Under the pieces are notes generated by a model. That model was not told the DNA's origin, did not search any database, and was given only the letters and a program-made list of their open reading frames with translations. Of a DNA stretch of 64,000 nt, positions 29,146-38,643 are shown in pieces (within the stretch, counting starts at the first letter, position 1; each line of letters starts with the position of its first letter). Made by a program: the position numbers and the translations under genes. Location of the stretch: contig DATIUW010000103.1 in the NCBI GenBank assembly GCA_035466435.1, positions 11,594 to 75,593 on the forward strand, given 5' to 3'. The stretch comes from Polyangiales bacterium. Its GTDB lineage: Bacteria; Myxococcota_A; Polyangia; Polyangiales; Houyiibacteriaceae.

Positions 29146-30167
29146 TCGGTGATGATCGCCGTCGAGCCTTTGTCGATGTTCGCTTGCATGGATGTGGCGG
29201 TGTTGACCGTCCACACGGTCACCTGGAGTCCCTGATCTAGAGCGCTCTGGACCGTATCCGCAGATACGGTGAGGAAGGGATGGATTGCGTCTTGGCCGAG
29301 GCGCAGCGCGTCTTCGACCAGTCCGTTCTCCGTCTCGCTTCGGATCAGCGCGGAGTAGTAACCCGGCTCTTGCATCTTGATCAGCTCGACTGCGAGAGTG
29401 TCGAACGACGAGAAAATCGTTCGGTCGGCAGCGCCGATTCGGGCCATCTCTTCGAGCACGGCCGTCACCAGAGCCTCTGGGCCCGTGGTTGCCGTCAGGC
29501 ACGGGGGCTCGAAGATCTTCAGCTCGATGTTGACGAGGGCGTTCGAGCCGATCGCTTCATAGACTTCGATCAAGCTAGGCGGCCGCTCCTCGGTCGGGTT
29601 GCCATCTCCGTCGAGCAATCGGCAAGCGCGAATCTCCTCGAAGCTGAGCGTGCTGACGCAACCCGTACAGTCGGTGGTCCGATCGAGGGTGTCGTCGTGC
29701 ATGACGATGAGCTCACCATCCTGCGTAATCTCGACGTCGAGCTCGATCCCGTCGGCGCCCTGCTCGATGGCAGCCAAAAACGAGGAGATGGAATTCTCCG
29801 GGAAAGGATGGCCTTCGCGCGTCGGGCCGGTGCCCCGGTGGCCAATGGTGGCCGACGGTGCCAGGGCTTCGATTCGCTCTCGAACGATGTCCTTGGGGGC
29901 ATTTCCCATGCAAACCTCTCGTGCCGACCATTGGTCTTCGCATGCCGTCACGTCGCAGGCGTTGTCCGTCACGCACTGGTAATATGCGCGCGTTTCGTCG
30001 GGGCAGGCCGTGGTCAGGGCGTCGGTCACGACGCGCTCGCAACTCGCGAACTGGGAGCACGCAGCACAGTACTCCGTAGCGAGGGGGTCTACGTCGGCGG
30101 AGTCGGACGAGCCGCATCCGAATGCGGCCAGCGTCAGGCCCAATCCCAGGATCCACGGCCATCTCAT
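29109..30167 (-). CDS. Glycerophosphodiester phosphodiesterase-family lipoprotein
   Basis: Start reset to MRWPWILGLGLTLAAFGC. IGHRGTGP...ENSISSF...GADGIELDVEIT.DGELIVMHDDTLDRTT is the GDPD motif set. A Cys-rich N-terminal module precedes it. Confidence 0.8.
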   Translation of the reverse strand: MRWPWILGLGLTLAAFGCGSSDSADVDPLATEYCAACSQFASCERVVTDALTTACPDETRAYYQCVTDNACDVTACEDQWSAREVCMGNAPKDIVRERIEALAPSATIGHRGTGPTREGHPFPENSISSFLAAIEQGADGIELDVEITQDGELIVMHDDTLDRTTDCTGCVSTLSFEEIRACRLLDGDGNPTEERPPSLIEVYEAIGSNALVNIELKIFEPPCLTATTGPEALVTAVLEEMARIGAADRTIFSSFDTLAVELIKMQEPGYYSALIRSETENGLVEDALRLGQDAIHPFLTVSADTVQSALDQGLQVTVWTVNTATSMQANIDKGSTAIITDQPAVLSELLGR

Positions 30168-30204
30168 CGCGATCTCTCCGCCCATGCCCCTGATGGAAGG
30201 TATC

Positions 30205-30612
30205 TCACGCTCCGGGAATCGTCTCGTGCGTTTCGAGGTCGGCGGCATGGACGTACCATGGAGCGCGTGAGCCGAAAAAGACGTTGAGTTGCGGCCTGGC
30301 TCCTGGATCATCCAGGAGTGCGCCGGCGCCGACCACCATGGCCTTCCCGTTTTTCGTGAGCCAGGGCATCGCCGAGCCACATTCCTCGCAGAATGCGGTA
30401 CGCCAGTACTTCGCGGTGGGAAGCTCGTATTGCTTCACCTGGTCCTCCCCGCGCTCCCAGGCGAACTGCCCGATCGGCACGAAGATGTTTGCCGCGTGAG
30501 CCGAGCCGGTTTTCATCCGGCAGCGGCTGCAATGGCAGTATTGAAAGCCCCGAAAAGGACCCTCGATACGAAAGGCGACCGCACCGCATACACATGATCC
30601 TCGAGCTTTCAT
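30205..30612 (-). CDS. GFA / CENP-V-family Zn-thiol protein
   Basis: Start reset to MKARGSCVCGAVAF. CHCSRC and CEECG zinc ligand pairs. Confidence 0.75.
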   Translation of the reverse strand: MKARGSCVCGAVAFRIEGPFRGFQYCHCSRCRMKTGSAHAANIFVPIGQFAWERGEDQVKQYELPTAKYWRTAFCEECGSAMPWLTKNGKAMVVGAGALLDDPGARPQLNVFFGSRAPWYVHAADLETHETIPGA

Positions 30613-30659
30613 GGCATACGAGTACCGAAGAGCTCGTTCGGACGCAAGCGTAAGCGTTG

Positions 30660-31778
30660 CTACCGTGGGCCGCCGAGCCAGCCCCGGCGTCGAAAGTAGT
30701 AAACCAGGCCGCCTCCAACGACGGCCATGAGGGCGAGCACGATCGGATAGCCGAAGGCCCAACCGAGCTCGGGCATGTTGTACGGCGACGCGTCCGGGTC
30801 GAAGTTCATTCCGTAGACGCCCGCGATGAAGCTCAGAGGCATGAAGACCGCGGCAAAGACGGTGAGCACCTTCATCACTTCGTTCAAGCGCTGGCTCGCC
30901 AGGCTGAGGTGTATGGAAACCAGCGCTGAGACCGTCTCGTTGTAGCTCTCCGTCACTTCGTTGAGCTGTACGATGTGGTCCTGACAATCTCGAAGGTAGA
31001 TTTTGGTGTCATCGGAAACCAACGGGCCTGCGATAGACGCCATCGCGGCGACCGCATCACGAGCCGGGTTCAGGTTGCGGCGCAAATGATTGAGATCGCC
31101 GCGAAGATCCAGCAAGCGCTGTACCACGGACGAATCGGATCTCGATAGAATCGCTCGCTCCATCTCGTCGATTCGATCGCCCATCGAATCCGCCAACGGC
31201 AGGTACTGGTCGATGGCGGAGTCGAGAAGCGCATAGGCGAGATAGTCCGCCCTTCCGTTGCGCACTCGGCCTTGCTTGCGGCGGATGCGCTCCCGCACCG
31301 CGTCGAAGCAATCCCCCTCTTCTTCTTGGAAAGTGAGGACGAAATCTCGACCGAGGAACACGCTGACCTGCTCGAACGTCGTAGCGCCGTCGTGCAAGTG
31401 CGGGATTCGAACGACGATGAATAGCGTGTCCCCGTATATCTCGGACTTCGGACGCTGGCGCTGATGAAGGACATCCTCGACCGCGAGCGCGTGGAGATTG
31501 AAGGCCGTGACGATGTGCGCCAGCGCTTCGGCGCTGCCGAGTCCGACCACGTCCAGCCAAAGAACTCGGCCGACTTCGGGGTGGAGCTTGTTCTTGGGGA
31601 TGGCCTTTTCGAAACGCTCTTCGATGAAGCTCTCGGCATCGTAGACCATTCTACGAACGACCGTGGGCGCGGCTTCTGGATGAGCTTCCAGGACGCCTGG
31701 CGGAGACCCAACCCGGTAGCGATTTCCGAGATCCAGGTAGTGCCGGGAGCGGCGGTTCTTGCGGCGAGCTTTCTTCAT
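30660..31778 (-). CDS. corA: CorA-family Mg2+/Co2+ channel
   Basis: YGMNF motif in the loop between two C-terminal TM helices. Overall length is typical. Confidence 0.9.
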   Translation of the reverse strand: MKKARRKNRRSRHYLDLGNRYRVGSPPGVLEAHPEAAPTVVRRMVYDAESFIEERFEKAIPKNKLHPEVGRVLWLDVVGLGSAEALAHIVTAFNLHALAVEDVLHQRQRPKSEIYGDTLFIVVRIPHLHDGATTFEQVSVFLGRDFVLTFQEEEGDCFDAVRERIRRKQGRVRNGRADYLAYALLDSAIDQYLPLADSMGDRIDEMERAILSRSDSSVVQRLLDLRGDLNHLRRNLNPARDAVAAMASIAGPLVSDDTKIYLRDCQDHIVQLNEVTESYNETVSALVSIHLSLASQRLNEVMKVLTVFAAVFMPLSFIAGVYGMNFDPDASPYNMPELGWAFGYPIVLALMAVVGGGLVYYFRRRGWLGGPR

Positions 31779-31853
31779 GAGTTGGGTTGCGACTATACGA
31801 CGAGTGGCGTTGGTTTCGTAAGGATCGCCATGAGACCGGGTTGCGACTGGGGC

Positions 31854-32849
31854 TTAGCCGGTGGAAGCCGCAATGTGTGCGATGGCATCGCCGCGGTGCA
31901 CGAGCGCCGAAGTCGCGTGCCCGATGACGATGCCCGGGCTGTTTGCTCGGACCAGGGTGCGATCTCGCCCCAGGGCGTCGAATATTACTGCGACACTTTC
32001 TCCTTCTGCCACGGCCGTGCCCAGGCTCACCATCATTTCGCAAAACCCGGTGCGGCGTGCGCGGACCCAGGAACTAGCGCGGTAGACGTGTGGTGGCTGT
32101 TCGGGGGACTCCACGCCGTAGTCGATCATGCCAAGTGCCTTCATGACGCGAAGCACGCCGCCCACTCCGAGCGCGATGGCGTGTGCGTCGAATCGGTTCG
32201 CTTCGCCAGCCTCGTAAACGAGGATAATCTTTCCTCTTTCCGTCGCTGCCGCACGCAAGGAACCATCGCGCAGACGCGAGTGCAATAGCACCGGCGCGCC
32301 GAACTCACTTGCAAGACGAAGGGTGTTCGGCTCAGTCAAGTCGCAACGCACCTGTGGTAAGTTGACGCGCCCATCCGAGCCGGTGTGTACGTCGAGGCCA
32401 ACGTCGGCGCGCGCCACCACTTCTTTCATGAACAGATGCGCCAACTGCGAGGCAGTGGAGCCGCGTTTGGAGCCGGGAAAGCTTCGATTGAGATCGCGCC
32501 GATCGGGCAGGTACCGCGACTCCTGGATCAACCCGAAGACGTTGATCACCGGCACTGCCAGGACCGTGCCGCAGAGATCGTTGGGATCGATGCGATCCAG
32601 GACCCGGCGGATGATCGGTATGCCCATCAGCTCGTCCCCATGAATGGCTCCGCTGACCCAGATCACGGGACCGTCTTTTCGGCCGTGCAAAACCCCGACC
32701 GGAAGTGAAAGCCACATGCCGGTGGGCAAACGCGCCACTTGGAGCTCGATCTGGGTCAGCTTGCCGGGCAGGGCTGCGACGCCGTCGATCTCGAAAGGGG
32801 CGCGTGGCTCACCCTTCGATCCGGTCCTTGGTCTTTCCTGGCTTCGCAT
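31854..32849 (-). CDS. Succinylglutamate desuccinylase/aspartoacylase-family (M14-like) deacylase
   Basis: [10 protein letters not shown] zinc-site block, DLNRSFPG and [14 protein letters not shown]. Overlaps the rimK 3' end by 41 nt. Confidence 0.8.
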   Translation of the reverse strand: MRSQERPRTGSKGEPRAPFEIDGVAALPGKLTQIELQVARLPTGMWLSLPVGVLHGRKDGPVIWVSGAIHGDELMGIPIIRRVLDRIDPNDLCGTVLAVPVINVFGLIQESRYLPDRRDLNRSFPGSKRGSTASQLAHLFMKEVVARADVGLDVHTGSDGRVNLPQVRCDLTEPNTLRLASEFGAPVLLHSRLRDGSLRAAATERGKIILVYEAGEANRFDAHAIALGVGGVLRVMKALGMIDYGVESPEQPPHVYRASSWVRARRTGFCEMMVSLGTAVAEGESVAVIFDALGRDRTLVRANSPGIVIGHATSALVHRGDAIAHIAASTG

Positions 32850-33711
32850 GCTTCTCCAAGTATTCGATGATCGCTCCGGCCACGTCTTTGCCGCTGGTGG
32901 TCTCGATTCCCTCGAGCCCGGGCGAAGAATTCACCTCCATGACGACCGGTCCGTGATTGGAGCGCAGCATGTCGACGCCGGCGACACGGAGACCGAGCTT
33001 CTTCGCGGAACGCACTGCGGTGCTGCGCTCTTCGGGCGTGAGTCTCACCCGGGTCGCCTTGCCTCCGCGATGGAGGTTCGACCGAAACTCTCCGCGCGGC
33101 CCCTGCCGCATCATCGAGGCCACGACTTTGTCACCGATGACGAAGGCACGAATGTCTGCACCTCCGGCTTCCTTGATGAACTCTTGGACCAAAATGTTGG
33201 CATCGAGTTGGCTGAAGGCCGCCATGACGGATTCCGCCGCCTTGTCGGTTTCCGTGAGCACCACGCCAATGCCTTGTGTTCCTTCGAGAAGCTTGATGAT
33301 CAGCGGGGCACCACCGACCAGCTTGATCAAGCCCTGAATGTCCTTCGTGGAACGGGCGAATCCGGTCACCGGCAAGCCAATGCCCTCCCGCGCCAACAAT
33401 TGGAGCGCACGCAACTTGTCGCGAGCCCGAGAAATAGCTTGGGAGGTGTTCAGCGGGTACGTGCCCATCATCTCGAACTGTCGCACGACCGCAGTTCCGT
33501 AGAACGTATGGGACGCGCCAATACGCGGAATGACCGCGTCGAACTGCAGGGCGGTTCCCGCCAAGAGCACCTGAGGACGATGCGAAGTGATGTTCATGTA
33601 GCACCGCGTGAAGTCGACGACCCGCACCGTGTGACCTCGCTCCGCGGCGGCTTCTTTCAGTCTCTTGGTCGAGTAGAGCCTCGCATTCCTGGAAAGGATT
33701 CCGATCTTCAT
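32809..33711 (-). CDS. rimK: RimK-type ATP-grasp alpha-L-glutamate ligase
   Basis: [18 protein letters not shown]...[12 protein letters not shown]...[13 protein letters not shown]...[10 protein letters not shown]...[25 protein letters not shown] is close to canonical RimK. Confidence 0.9.
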   Translation of the reverse strand: MKIGILSRNARLYSTKRLKEAAAERGHTVRVVDFTRCYMNITSHRPQVLLAGTALQFDAVIPRIGASHTFYGTAVVRQFEMMGTYPLNTSQAISRARDKLRALQLLAREGIGLPVTGFARSTKDIQGLIKLVGGAPLIIKLLEGTQGIGVVLTETDKAAESVMAAFSQLDANILVQEFIKEAGGADIRAFVIGDKVVASMMRQGPRGEFRSNLHRGGKATRVRLTPEERSTAVRSAKKLGLRVAGVDMLRSNHGPVVMEVNSSPGLEGIETTSGKDVAGAIIEYLEKHAKPGKTKDRIEG

Positions 33712-34160
33712 GCCTCGTGCCTCTTCCTGCGCTTGGGAACCAGCCCACGACACAAGTATGAGCGCCCCGGCTCCACCACGAATCGCCCGCGAATGGCCTC
33801 GCGCCCGAGCAGCATTCTGAATCCCATTGCATCACGCGTAGTTAGGGTCAGATCGATCGGCCATCGCTCGGCTCCGAGCGCGAGGGACGTTCGAATGATC
33901 GGCCGGTACTCCCGGTGCCCGCTCGAGCTCTTCACGTGACGATGCTCGTGGAGCTCTGCCACACAGTGGATCGTCGTCTTCGTCTCTCGTTGCACCGGGT
34001 GAACGACGAAACGGACGTAGTCACGCGAGCCTCTCGAGAATACTTCGATGTCGTACGCATGAAGCGACGAGCTACGAGCGCCCGTGTCGACCTTCGCTTT
34101 GATCCGTGAGATGTCGAGGTCGGGCAACGCCACCCACTCACGCCAGCCGATGACCTTCAT
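33708..34160 (-). CDS. Retropepsin-like protease annotated as 'ATP-dependent zinc protease' (RimB-like, DUF785)
   Basis: [12 protein letters not shown]...[16 protein letters not shown] is the aspartyl D-T-G block. ATGA overlap with the rimK start. Confidence 0.75.
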   Translation of the reverse strand: MKVIGWREWVALPDLDISRIKAKVDTGARSSSLHAYDIEVFSRGSRDYVRFVVHPVQRETKTTIHCVAELHEHRHVKSSSGHREYRPIIRTSLALGAERWPIDLTLTTRDAMGFRMLLGREAIRGRFVVEPGRSYLCRGLVPKRRKRHEA

Positions 34161-34234
34161 GTCGCTCACGCCCACGAGCGTTGCCCTCGAAATTGCGAAA
34201 GTCAACGCGCTCTTTCAGTGTACCCTGTCGAGCC

Positions 34235-35674
34235 ATGTCGCTCCGGGACTATCTGACGCCACTCGATTTGTCTGCGATGTTCGGGCAGCTCGCTGGGTTG
34301 GTCCGAATGATGGGGGGGCTCTTGCTGGCGCCCGCTGCAGTCGGGTGGCTGAGTGGCGAATTTGTGATCGCCGGACTGCTTTCTGCGGTCAGCTTGCTCG
34401 GCTTGGGTCTCGGGCATTGGGGCCGCCGCTTGCTCTCGAGGGAGCTGGCTGCCCGCGAAGCCTTCTTGGTGACCGCACTCGCGTACCCGATCTTCTCGAT
34501 CGCCGGCGCAGTGGCCTTTCTTCCCGTCGCCCCTTTCATCGATGGTTTCTTCGAGAGCATGTCGGGTTTCACGACCACGGGACTCAGCGTCGTGCCGCTG
34601 GAAGACATGCCGCGAACGCTTCGCTTTTTTCGGTCGTACATGCAGTGGATTGGGGGCGCAGGCATCGTGATCTTGACGGTGGCGCTTCTCAACGCCACCC
34701 AGCCCGCAGGGTTCCGCTTTCGTCTCTACGGCTCCGGCTCGGAAGACGAGCGCATCGCAGGCGGCGTCCGCTCGACTGCTCGCGATCTGCTGAAGATCTA
34801 CGCGGTGCTGACCGGAGCCGTATGTTTGGCGCTCGTCGTGGTGGGAATGCCGATGGAAGACGCGGTGCTGCACGGGTTGGCCACGGTCTCCACCGGGGGC
34901 TTTTCGCCTCACGCCACCAGTATCGGCCACTACGTGAACGAGCCGCTGGTGCTCATCATCACCATGGTGGGCATGCTTCTCGGCGCCACGAGCTTCGCCA
35001 TTTACCAGCGTATCGCGCGACGCAACAAGAATCAGAACGACGAAACCGGGCGAGATCCCCAAGGCTTCGCCCTGGTGACCATCGTCTTGACAGGGGCGCT
35101 GCTGCTCTTCGTCTTGGAGGGAGAAGCTTGGCATGCCGTCTTCGATACCGTGACTTCCATCACCACGACCGGATTCTCGCTCGATGATCCGGCTGGATGG
35201 TCGCCTACGAGGAAGTTCTTCACGACCCTTTGGATGATCATCGGCGGCTCGACCGGCTCGACCGCGGGCGGCTTGAAGCTCATGCGATTTCTCGTGCTCC
35301 TCACCCTCGTGAGGTGGACCGTTCACAGACTGATGGTGCCAGCGGAAGCGAGGATCGCGCTCAAGTACGCAGGCGTGCCGATCGAGGCCGAGTCTCTGCG
35401 TCACTTGCTCGGTTTCATCGTGGCTTATCTCGCGTTGCTTCTCGCAGGTAGCGCCGCACTGGTCTTTGCCGGGTTCGATCCTGGCGATGCATTGTTCGAG
35501 AGCGCATCGGCCGTCGGAACGGTGGGGCTCTCGTGCGGCATCACGAACGCGACGCTACCTTCTTGGCTCAAGCTCGTGTTGAGCTTCCAGATGTGGGCTG
35601 GGCGACTCGAGGTCATCCCCGTGCTAGTGGTGTTCTATCCAGCAACCTGGAAGCTACGCAGGAGGTCGCGATGA
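34235..35674 (+). CDS. trkH: TrkH-family K+ uptake permease
   Basis: Multi-TM protein with repeated pore-loop blocks SGFTTTGLS, STGGFSP, TTTGFSL and SAVGTVGLS. Confidence 0.9.
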   Translation: MSLRDYLTPLDLSAMFGQLAGLVRMMGGLLLAPAAVGWLSGEFVIAGLLSAVSLLGLGLGHWGRRLLSRELAAREAFLVTALAYPIFSIAGAVAFLPVAPFIDGFFESMSGFTTTGLSVVPLEDMPRTLRFFRSYMQWIGGAGIVILTVALLNATQPAGFRFRLYGSGSEDERIAGGVRSTARDLLKIYAVLTGAVCLALVVVGMPMEDAVLHGLATVSTGGFSPHATSIGHYVNEPLVLIITMVGMLLGATSFAIYQRIARRNKNQNDETGRDPQGFALVTIVLTGALLLFVLEGEAWHAVFDTVTSITTTGFSLDDPAGWSPTRKFFTTLWMIIGGSTGSTAGGLKLMRFLVLLTLVRWTVHRLMVPAEARIALKYAGVPIEAESLRHLLGFIVAYLALLLAGSAALVFAGFDPGDALFESASAVGTVGLSCGITNATLPSWLKLVLSFQMWAGRLEVIPVLVVFYPATWKLRRRSR

Positions 35675-36324
35675 GGGTGATCATCGTGGGCATCGGCAGT
35701 ATTGGTTACGAGCTTACGAGAGACTTGACGCGCGGTGGCTCACACCAAGTCGTGCTGATCGACAACGATCCGGAGCGTTGCGAGGATCTGAGCGAGCAAT
35801 TCGATGCCTTCGTTCTCGAGGGTGACGGTACGAATCCCGAGTTGCTACAAAAAGCGCTCGTCGAAGAAGCGGACGCGCTGATTGCCAGCACGAGCTCGGA
35901 TGCGCTCAACACGGTCATCGCCATGCTTGCGAAACGATTCGACGTGCCGACTGTCATGGTCAAGCTCAAGGATCTCGGCCTGCGCGCCGCCTGCAAAGAG
36001 ATCGGCGTCGCACGGATCGTCACGCCCAGCATCTCGGCCGCGGCAGAAATGCTGGCGGCCTTGCACGGATTTGGCAGGCCCGACCTGTCCCTCGTGACCC
36101 GAGGAGGCCTGCGATTCGAGGAGCTCGAAGTGCAAGGAATCGATCCGACTTCGATACGTGAGCTGAACGTTCCGGACGGGGCCTTGATTCTCACGGTGGT
36201 TCGGGGTGAAGAAGTGCTGCTCGCGCGCGGCAGCACCCGCGTCCAGCAAGGCGACCTGTTGTTGCTGCTCGTCGAAAACGAACACGTGCTCGAACAGGTG
36301 CAGAGCCTGGTCGCTTCGAGCTAG
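35671..36324 (+). CDS. trkA: TrkA-type RCK (NAD-binding) regulatory subunit
   Basis: MRVIIVGIGSIGYEL Rossmann motif plus a C-terminal TrkA_C-like domain. ATGA overlap with trkH, with a GGAGG RBS. Confidence 0.85.
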   Translation: MRVIIVGIGSIGYELTRDLTRGGSHQVVLIDNDPERCEDLSEQFDAFVLEGDGTNPELLQKALVEEADALIASTSSDALNTVIAMLAKRFDVPTVMVKLKDLGLRAACKEIGVARIVTPSISAAAEMLAALHGFGRPDLSLVTRGGLRFEELEVQGIDPTSIRELNVPDGALILTVVRGEEVLLARGSTRVQQGDLLLLLVENEHVLEQVQSLVASS

Positions 36325-36327
36325 CGG

Positions 36328-36345
36328 CGGTCCCTGCGAGGACCG
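36328..36345. terminator. Weak hairpin between the convergent trkA and acidic ORF
   Basis: CGGTCC-CTGCGA-GGACCG. No clear U-tract. Confidence 0.2.
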
Positions 36346-36346
36346 A

Positions 36347-36610
36347 TCAATCTTCGGCTTTTCGCTTGGTGCGCCGGCGAACCGGTCCCCACCCGTCGTG
36401 CTCGTCCTCGTCAGACTCTTCGTCCTCTTCGCTTTCGCTCCAGGCGTCCAAATCCTCGTCCATCGTTCCCCATACGTCCGGATCCCAGTCGTCTTGACTG
36501 TCTTCCAACGAAGCTAGATCCGGATCTGACCACGGGTCTTCTGCGAACCAGTCCAGGTCGCTCCTGCGGTGATCACGGTCTCGCTTCGTTCTGTCGCCTC
36601 GTACCGGCAT
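36347..36610 (-). CDS. 87-aa hyper-acidic Trp/Asp-rich protein with basic termini, function unknown
   Basis: Start chosen at MPVRGDRTKRDRDHRR, 37 nt downstream of the predicted minus-strand -12 element. The core is DLDWFAEDPWSDPDLASLEDSQDDWDPDVW...EEDEESDEDEHDGW and the tail is RRRTKRKAED. No family recognised. Confidence 0.4.
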   Translation of the reverse strand: MPVRGDRTKRDRDHRRSDLDWFAEDPWSDPDLASLEDSQDDWDPDVWGTMDEDLDAWSESEEDEESDEDEHDGWGPVRRRTKRKAED

Positions 36611-36657
36611 GACGTTCCTCGCTTTGCTGTTGGGAAAGTCCCTGCTCTGCGGTCCGA

Positions 36658-36672
36658 GCACGTTCCGTGCCA
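36658..36672 (-). promoter_or_regulatory. Sigma-54 (-24/-12) promoter, minus strand
   Basis: The minus strand reads TGGCACGGAACGTGCT against the consensus TGGCACGrNNNTTGCW, with one mismatch (T to G at -14). Lies about 50 nt upstream of the ATG at 36610. Confidence 0.6.
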
Positions 36673-36743
36673 CTGAGCGCGGCGGGATCGATGATTGCAG
36701 CCGACGAGGATTTCGCGGTGGGGTGGGACGCAAGCATCGTCCC

Positions 36744-36794
36744 GGTGCAGAACCTGCACCCGGGACATCGCCGGATCCATGCAGGACTTGCACC
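36744..36794. promoter_or_regulatory. Two tandem 17-bp dyads (candidate bEBP upstream activating sites)
   Basis: Site 1 (36744-36760) is GGTGCAGAACCTGCACC, a perfect GGTGCA-N5-TGCACC dyad. Site 2 (36778-36794) is CATGCAGGACTTGCACC. Centres are 34 bp apart and both sites lie between the two -24/-12 elements. Confidence 0.5.
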
Positions 36795-36853
36795 GACCCC
36801 TCGAAAGTGGATTCCCGGGGTCGTTTTTCGTGGCGGTTAAGGGACAGTTTCCG

Positions 36854-36869
36854 CGGCACGCCCCTTGCT
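36854..36869 (+). promoter_or_regulatory. Sigma-54 (-24/-12) promoter, plus strand
   Basis: CGGCACGCCCCTTGCT against TGGCACGrNNNTTGCW. GG, GC and the spacing are exact. Lies 31 nt upstream of the ATG at 36900. Confidence 0.65.
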
Positions 36870-36899
36870 CTGGTTGGGCTCTATGAATCAGAGAACACC

Positions 36900-37142
36900 A
36901 TGACGCGTTCCCGGCTCGATTTGGTCACCCCCGAGGTCGTTCAGAAGATACGTTCGGAGAATCGCCTTCTGCTGGAGAGGACCGAGAGCATGCAGGCGAG
37001 CATCGAAACCGGACGGTTCGACGAGGCCGCGCCGATTGCTGCCGAGCTCGGCCGGGCTCTTCGAAAGCACGTTTTGCTCGTCGATGGAGTGCTGGACGTC
37101 TTGAGCCCCGATGACGTCCTCCCGGCACGCCGCCGGCGCTAG
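36900..37142 (+). CDS. 80-aa protein of unknown function
   Basis: This is the in-frame internal ATG of ORF 36609-37142 located just downstream of the plus-strand sigma-54 promoter. The sequence MTRSRLDLVTPEVVQKIRSENRLLLERTESMQASIETGRFDEA looks helical. Confidence 0.4.
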   Translation: MTRSRLDLVTPEVVQKIRSENRLLLERTESMQASIETGRFDEAAPIAAELGRALRKHVLLVDGVLDVLSPDDVLPARRRR

Positions 37143-37148
37143 AGCGGA

Positions 37149-38543
37149 TCACTTCTCGCCCGGCCATGCGCTTCGTTTGGTCACCCCCCATTCCTGAAGT
37201 CGGTACTGGATGGTCCGTTTGCTGATGCCGAGAATCGCGGCTGCCTTCGTCGGCGAACCCCCCACCGCTTCCAGGGTTCTGAGGATCGTATACCGTTCGA
37301 CCTCGGCCAAGGTCACGCCCGGCACGAGCAAGCTCAACGGCTCGACCTCCGGATCAGCCGCCCGGATTGGCAGGTCTTCCGCGCCGATGAGGTCTTGTTC
37401 ACAGAGGACCACCGCTTGCTCGATGGCATGTTGGAGCTCGCGGACGTTTCCCGGCCAAGGATAGCCGAGAAGCGCCTCGCGAGCGCGCGGCGTGAAGCCA
37501 CGCACCTGCTTGCCGTTCTCTTCCGAATAAAACCGAAGAAAATAATCGGCGAGAAGGGGAATGTCACTCGGGCGCGCGCGAAGCGGGGGTACGTCGAGCA
37601 CGACGACCTTGAGCCGGAAGTACAGATCCTCGCGAAACCTCCCGTCGTCGACCAGCGCCCTCAAGTCTCGGTTCGTGGCGGCGACGACTCGTACGTTGAC
37701 CTTGACGGTCTCGTTGCCGCCCACCCGCTCGAACTCCCGCTCCTGGAGAAAGCGAAGCAGCTTGACCTGCACCGAAAGCGGCATTTCGCTGAGCTCGTCG
37801 AGGAAGAGCGTGCCGCGGTCGGCCTGCTCGAACCGGCCGCTGCGTCGCGTCACGGCTCCCGTGAAGGCTCCCTTCTCGTGCCCGAAGAGCTCGGATTCGA
37901 GGACGCTTTCCGACAGCGCTGCGCAATTCAGCCGAATGAGAGGCCCCTCGCTCCGCAGCGAGTGCTCGTGCACGGCCTTGGCAATCAGCTCTTTGCCGGT
38001 CCCGGTCTCTCCCTGGATCAGCACCGTCGACCTGCTCTTGGCAGCCTGAAGCATTCGCTTGAAGAGCCGCTGCATCGAGGGATGCGCCCCGACGATGTGA
38101 TCGAGTCGCGTCGTCGGAAAGGACGCGGCAGCCTCGGCTCGCGCATTGATCGCGTCTCTCGCATGGATGGGCTTGTCGAGTGACCGCTCGACTACGAGGG
38201 CGAGCGCATCGGGTCGTATCGGCCTGGTGAGGCAGCGATCGGCGCCACTGGTCAAGGCTTTGACCGCCGTGTCAGTCGAGCCGGAGCTCGCGATCGCGAT
38301 GAATGAGGCCGAAGGCAGAAGCGCCCGAGCCTGCCGAAGGAACTCGAATCCGTCCATCCCGTCGAGATCGAGCTCGACGAGCACCACGTCGGGCATCGAC
38401 CGTTCCACGAGCTCGAGTGCCTCGGCGCCGTCGGGCGCCGTATCCACCGTGTGCCCGATCGCCGTGAGCTGAGCCTCCAGCTCGGATTGGACCTTCGCAT
38501 CGCCTTCGACGACCAGGACCCGGCCGGTCTGCTGCGGCATCAT
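37149..38543 (-). CDS. Sigma-54-dependent response regulator (NtrC-class bEBP)
   Basis: Receiver domain (VLVVEGD...[15 protein letters not shown]). AAA+ domain with [14 protein letters not shown] (GAFTGA loop) and ATNRDL. C-terminal Fis-type [23 protein letters not shown]. Confidence 0.9.
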   Translation of the reverse strand: MMPQQTGRVLVVEGDAKVQSELEAQLTAIGHTVDTAPDGAEALELVERSMPDVVLVELDLDGMDGFEFLRQARALLPSASFIAIASSGSTDTAVKALTSGADRCLTRPIRPDALALVVERSLDKPIHARDAINARAEAAASFPTTRLDHIVGAHPSMQRLFKRMLQAAKSRSTVLIQGETGTGKELIAKAVHEHSLRSEGPLIRLNCAALSESVLESELFGHEKGAFTGAVTRRSGRFEQADRGTLFLDELSEMPLSVQVKLLRFLQEREFERVGGNETVKVNVRVVAATNRDLRALVDDGRFREDLYFRLKVVVLDVPPLRARPSDIPLLADYFLRFYSEENGKQVRGFTPRAREALLGYPWPGNVRELQHAIEQAVVLCEQDLIGAEDLPIRAADPEVEPLSLLVPGVTLAEVERYTILRTLEAVGGSPTKAAAILGISKRTIQYRLQEWGVTKRSAWPGEK

Positions 38544-38600
38544 GGCGCAAGGATGGCTCGCGCCGTCGGGGCCGTCCATAGTCGGTCGGCCACAAAGGTC

Positions 38601-38635
38601 GTGCGCGAAATCCGAGCAGGTGTCAGATTTGCGCA
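38601..38635. promoter_or_regulatory. Imperfect inverted repeat between the bEBP and kinase genes
   Basis: GTGCGCGAAATC (38601-38612) pairs with GATTTGCGCAC (38625-38635), giving 11-bp arms with one bulged G. Confidence 0.3.
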
Positions 38636-38643
38636 CGATCATC

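Noticed and set aside
36794-36828. The hairpin CGACCCC-N16-GGGGTCG followed by TTTTT, which resembles a plus-strand intrinsic terminator.
   Set aside because: No plus-strand gene ends nearby, since trkA stops 470 nt upstream. The loop is long at 16 nt, and the element sits between the candidate enhancer dyads and the plus-strand sigma-54 promoter. It may be a DNA-bending or architectural site, but I cannot support a terminator call.
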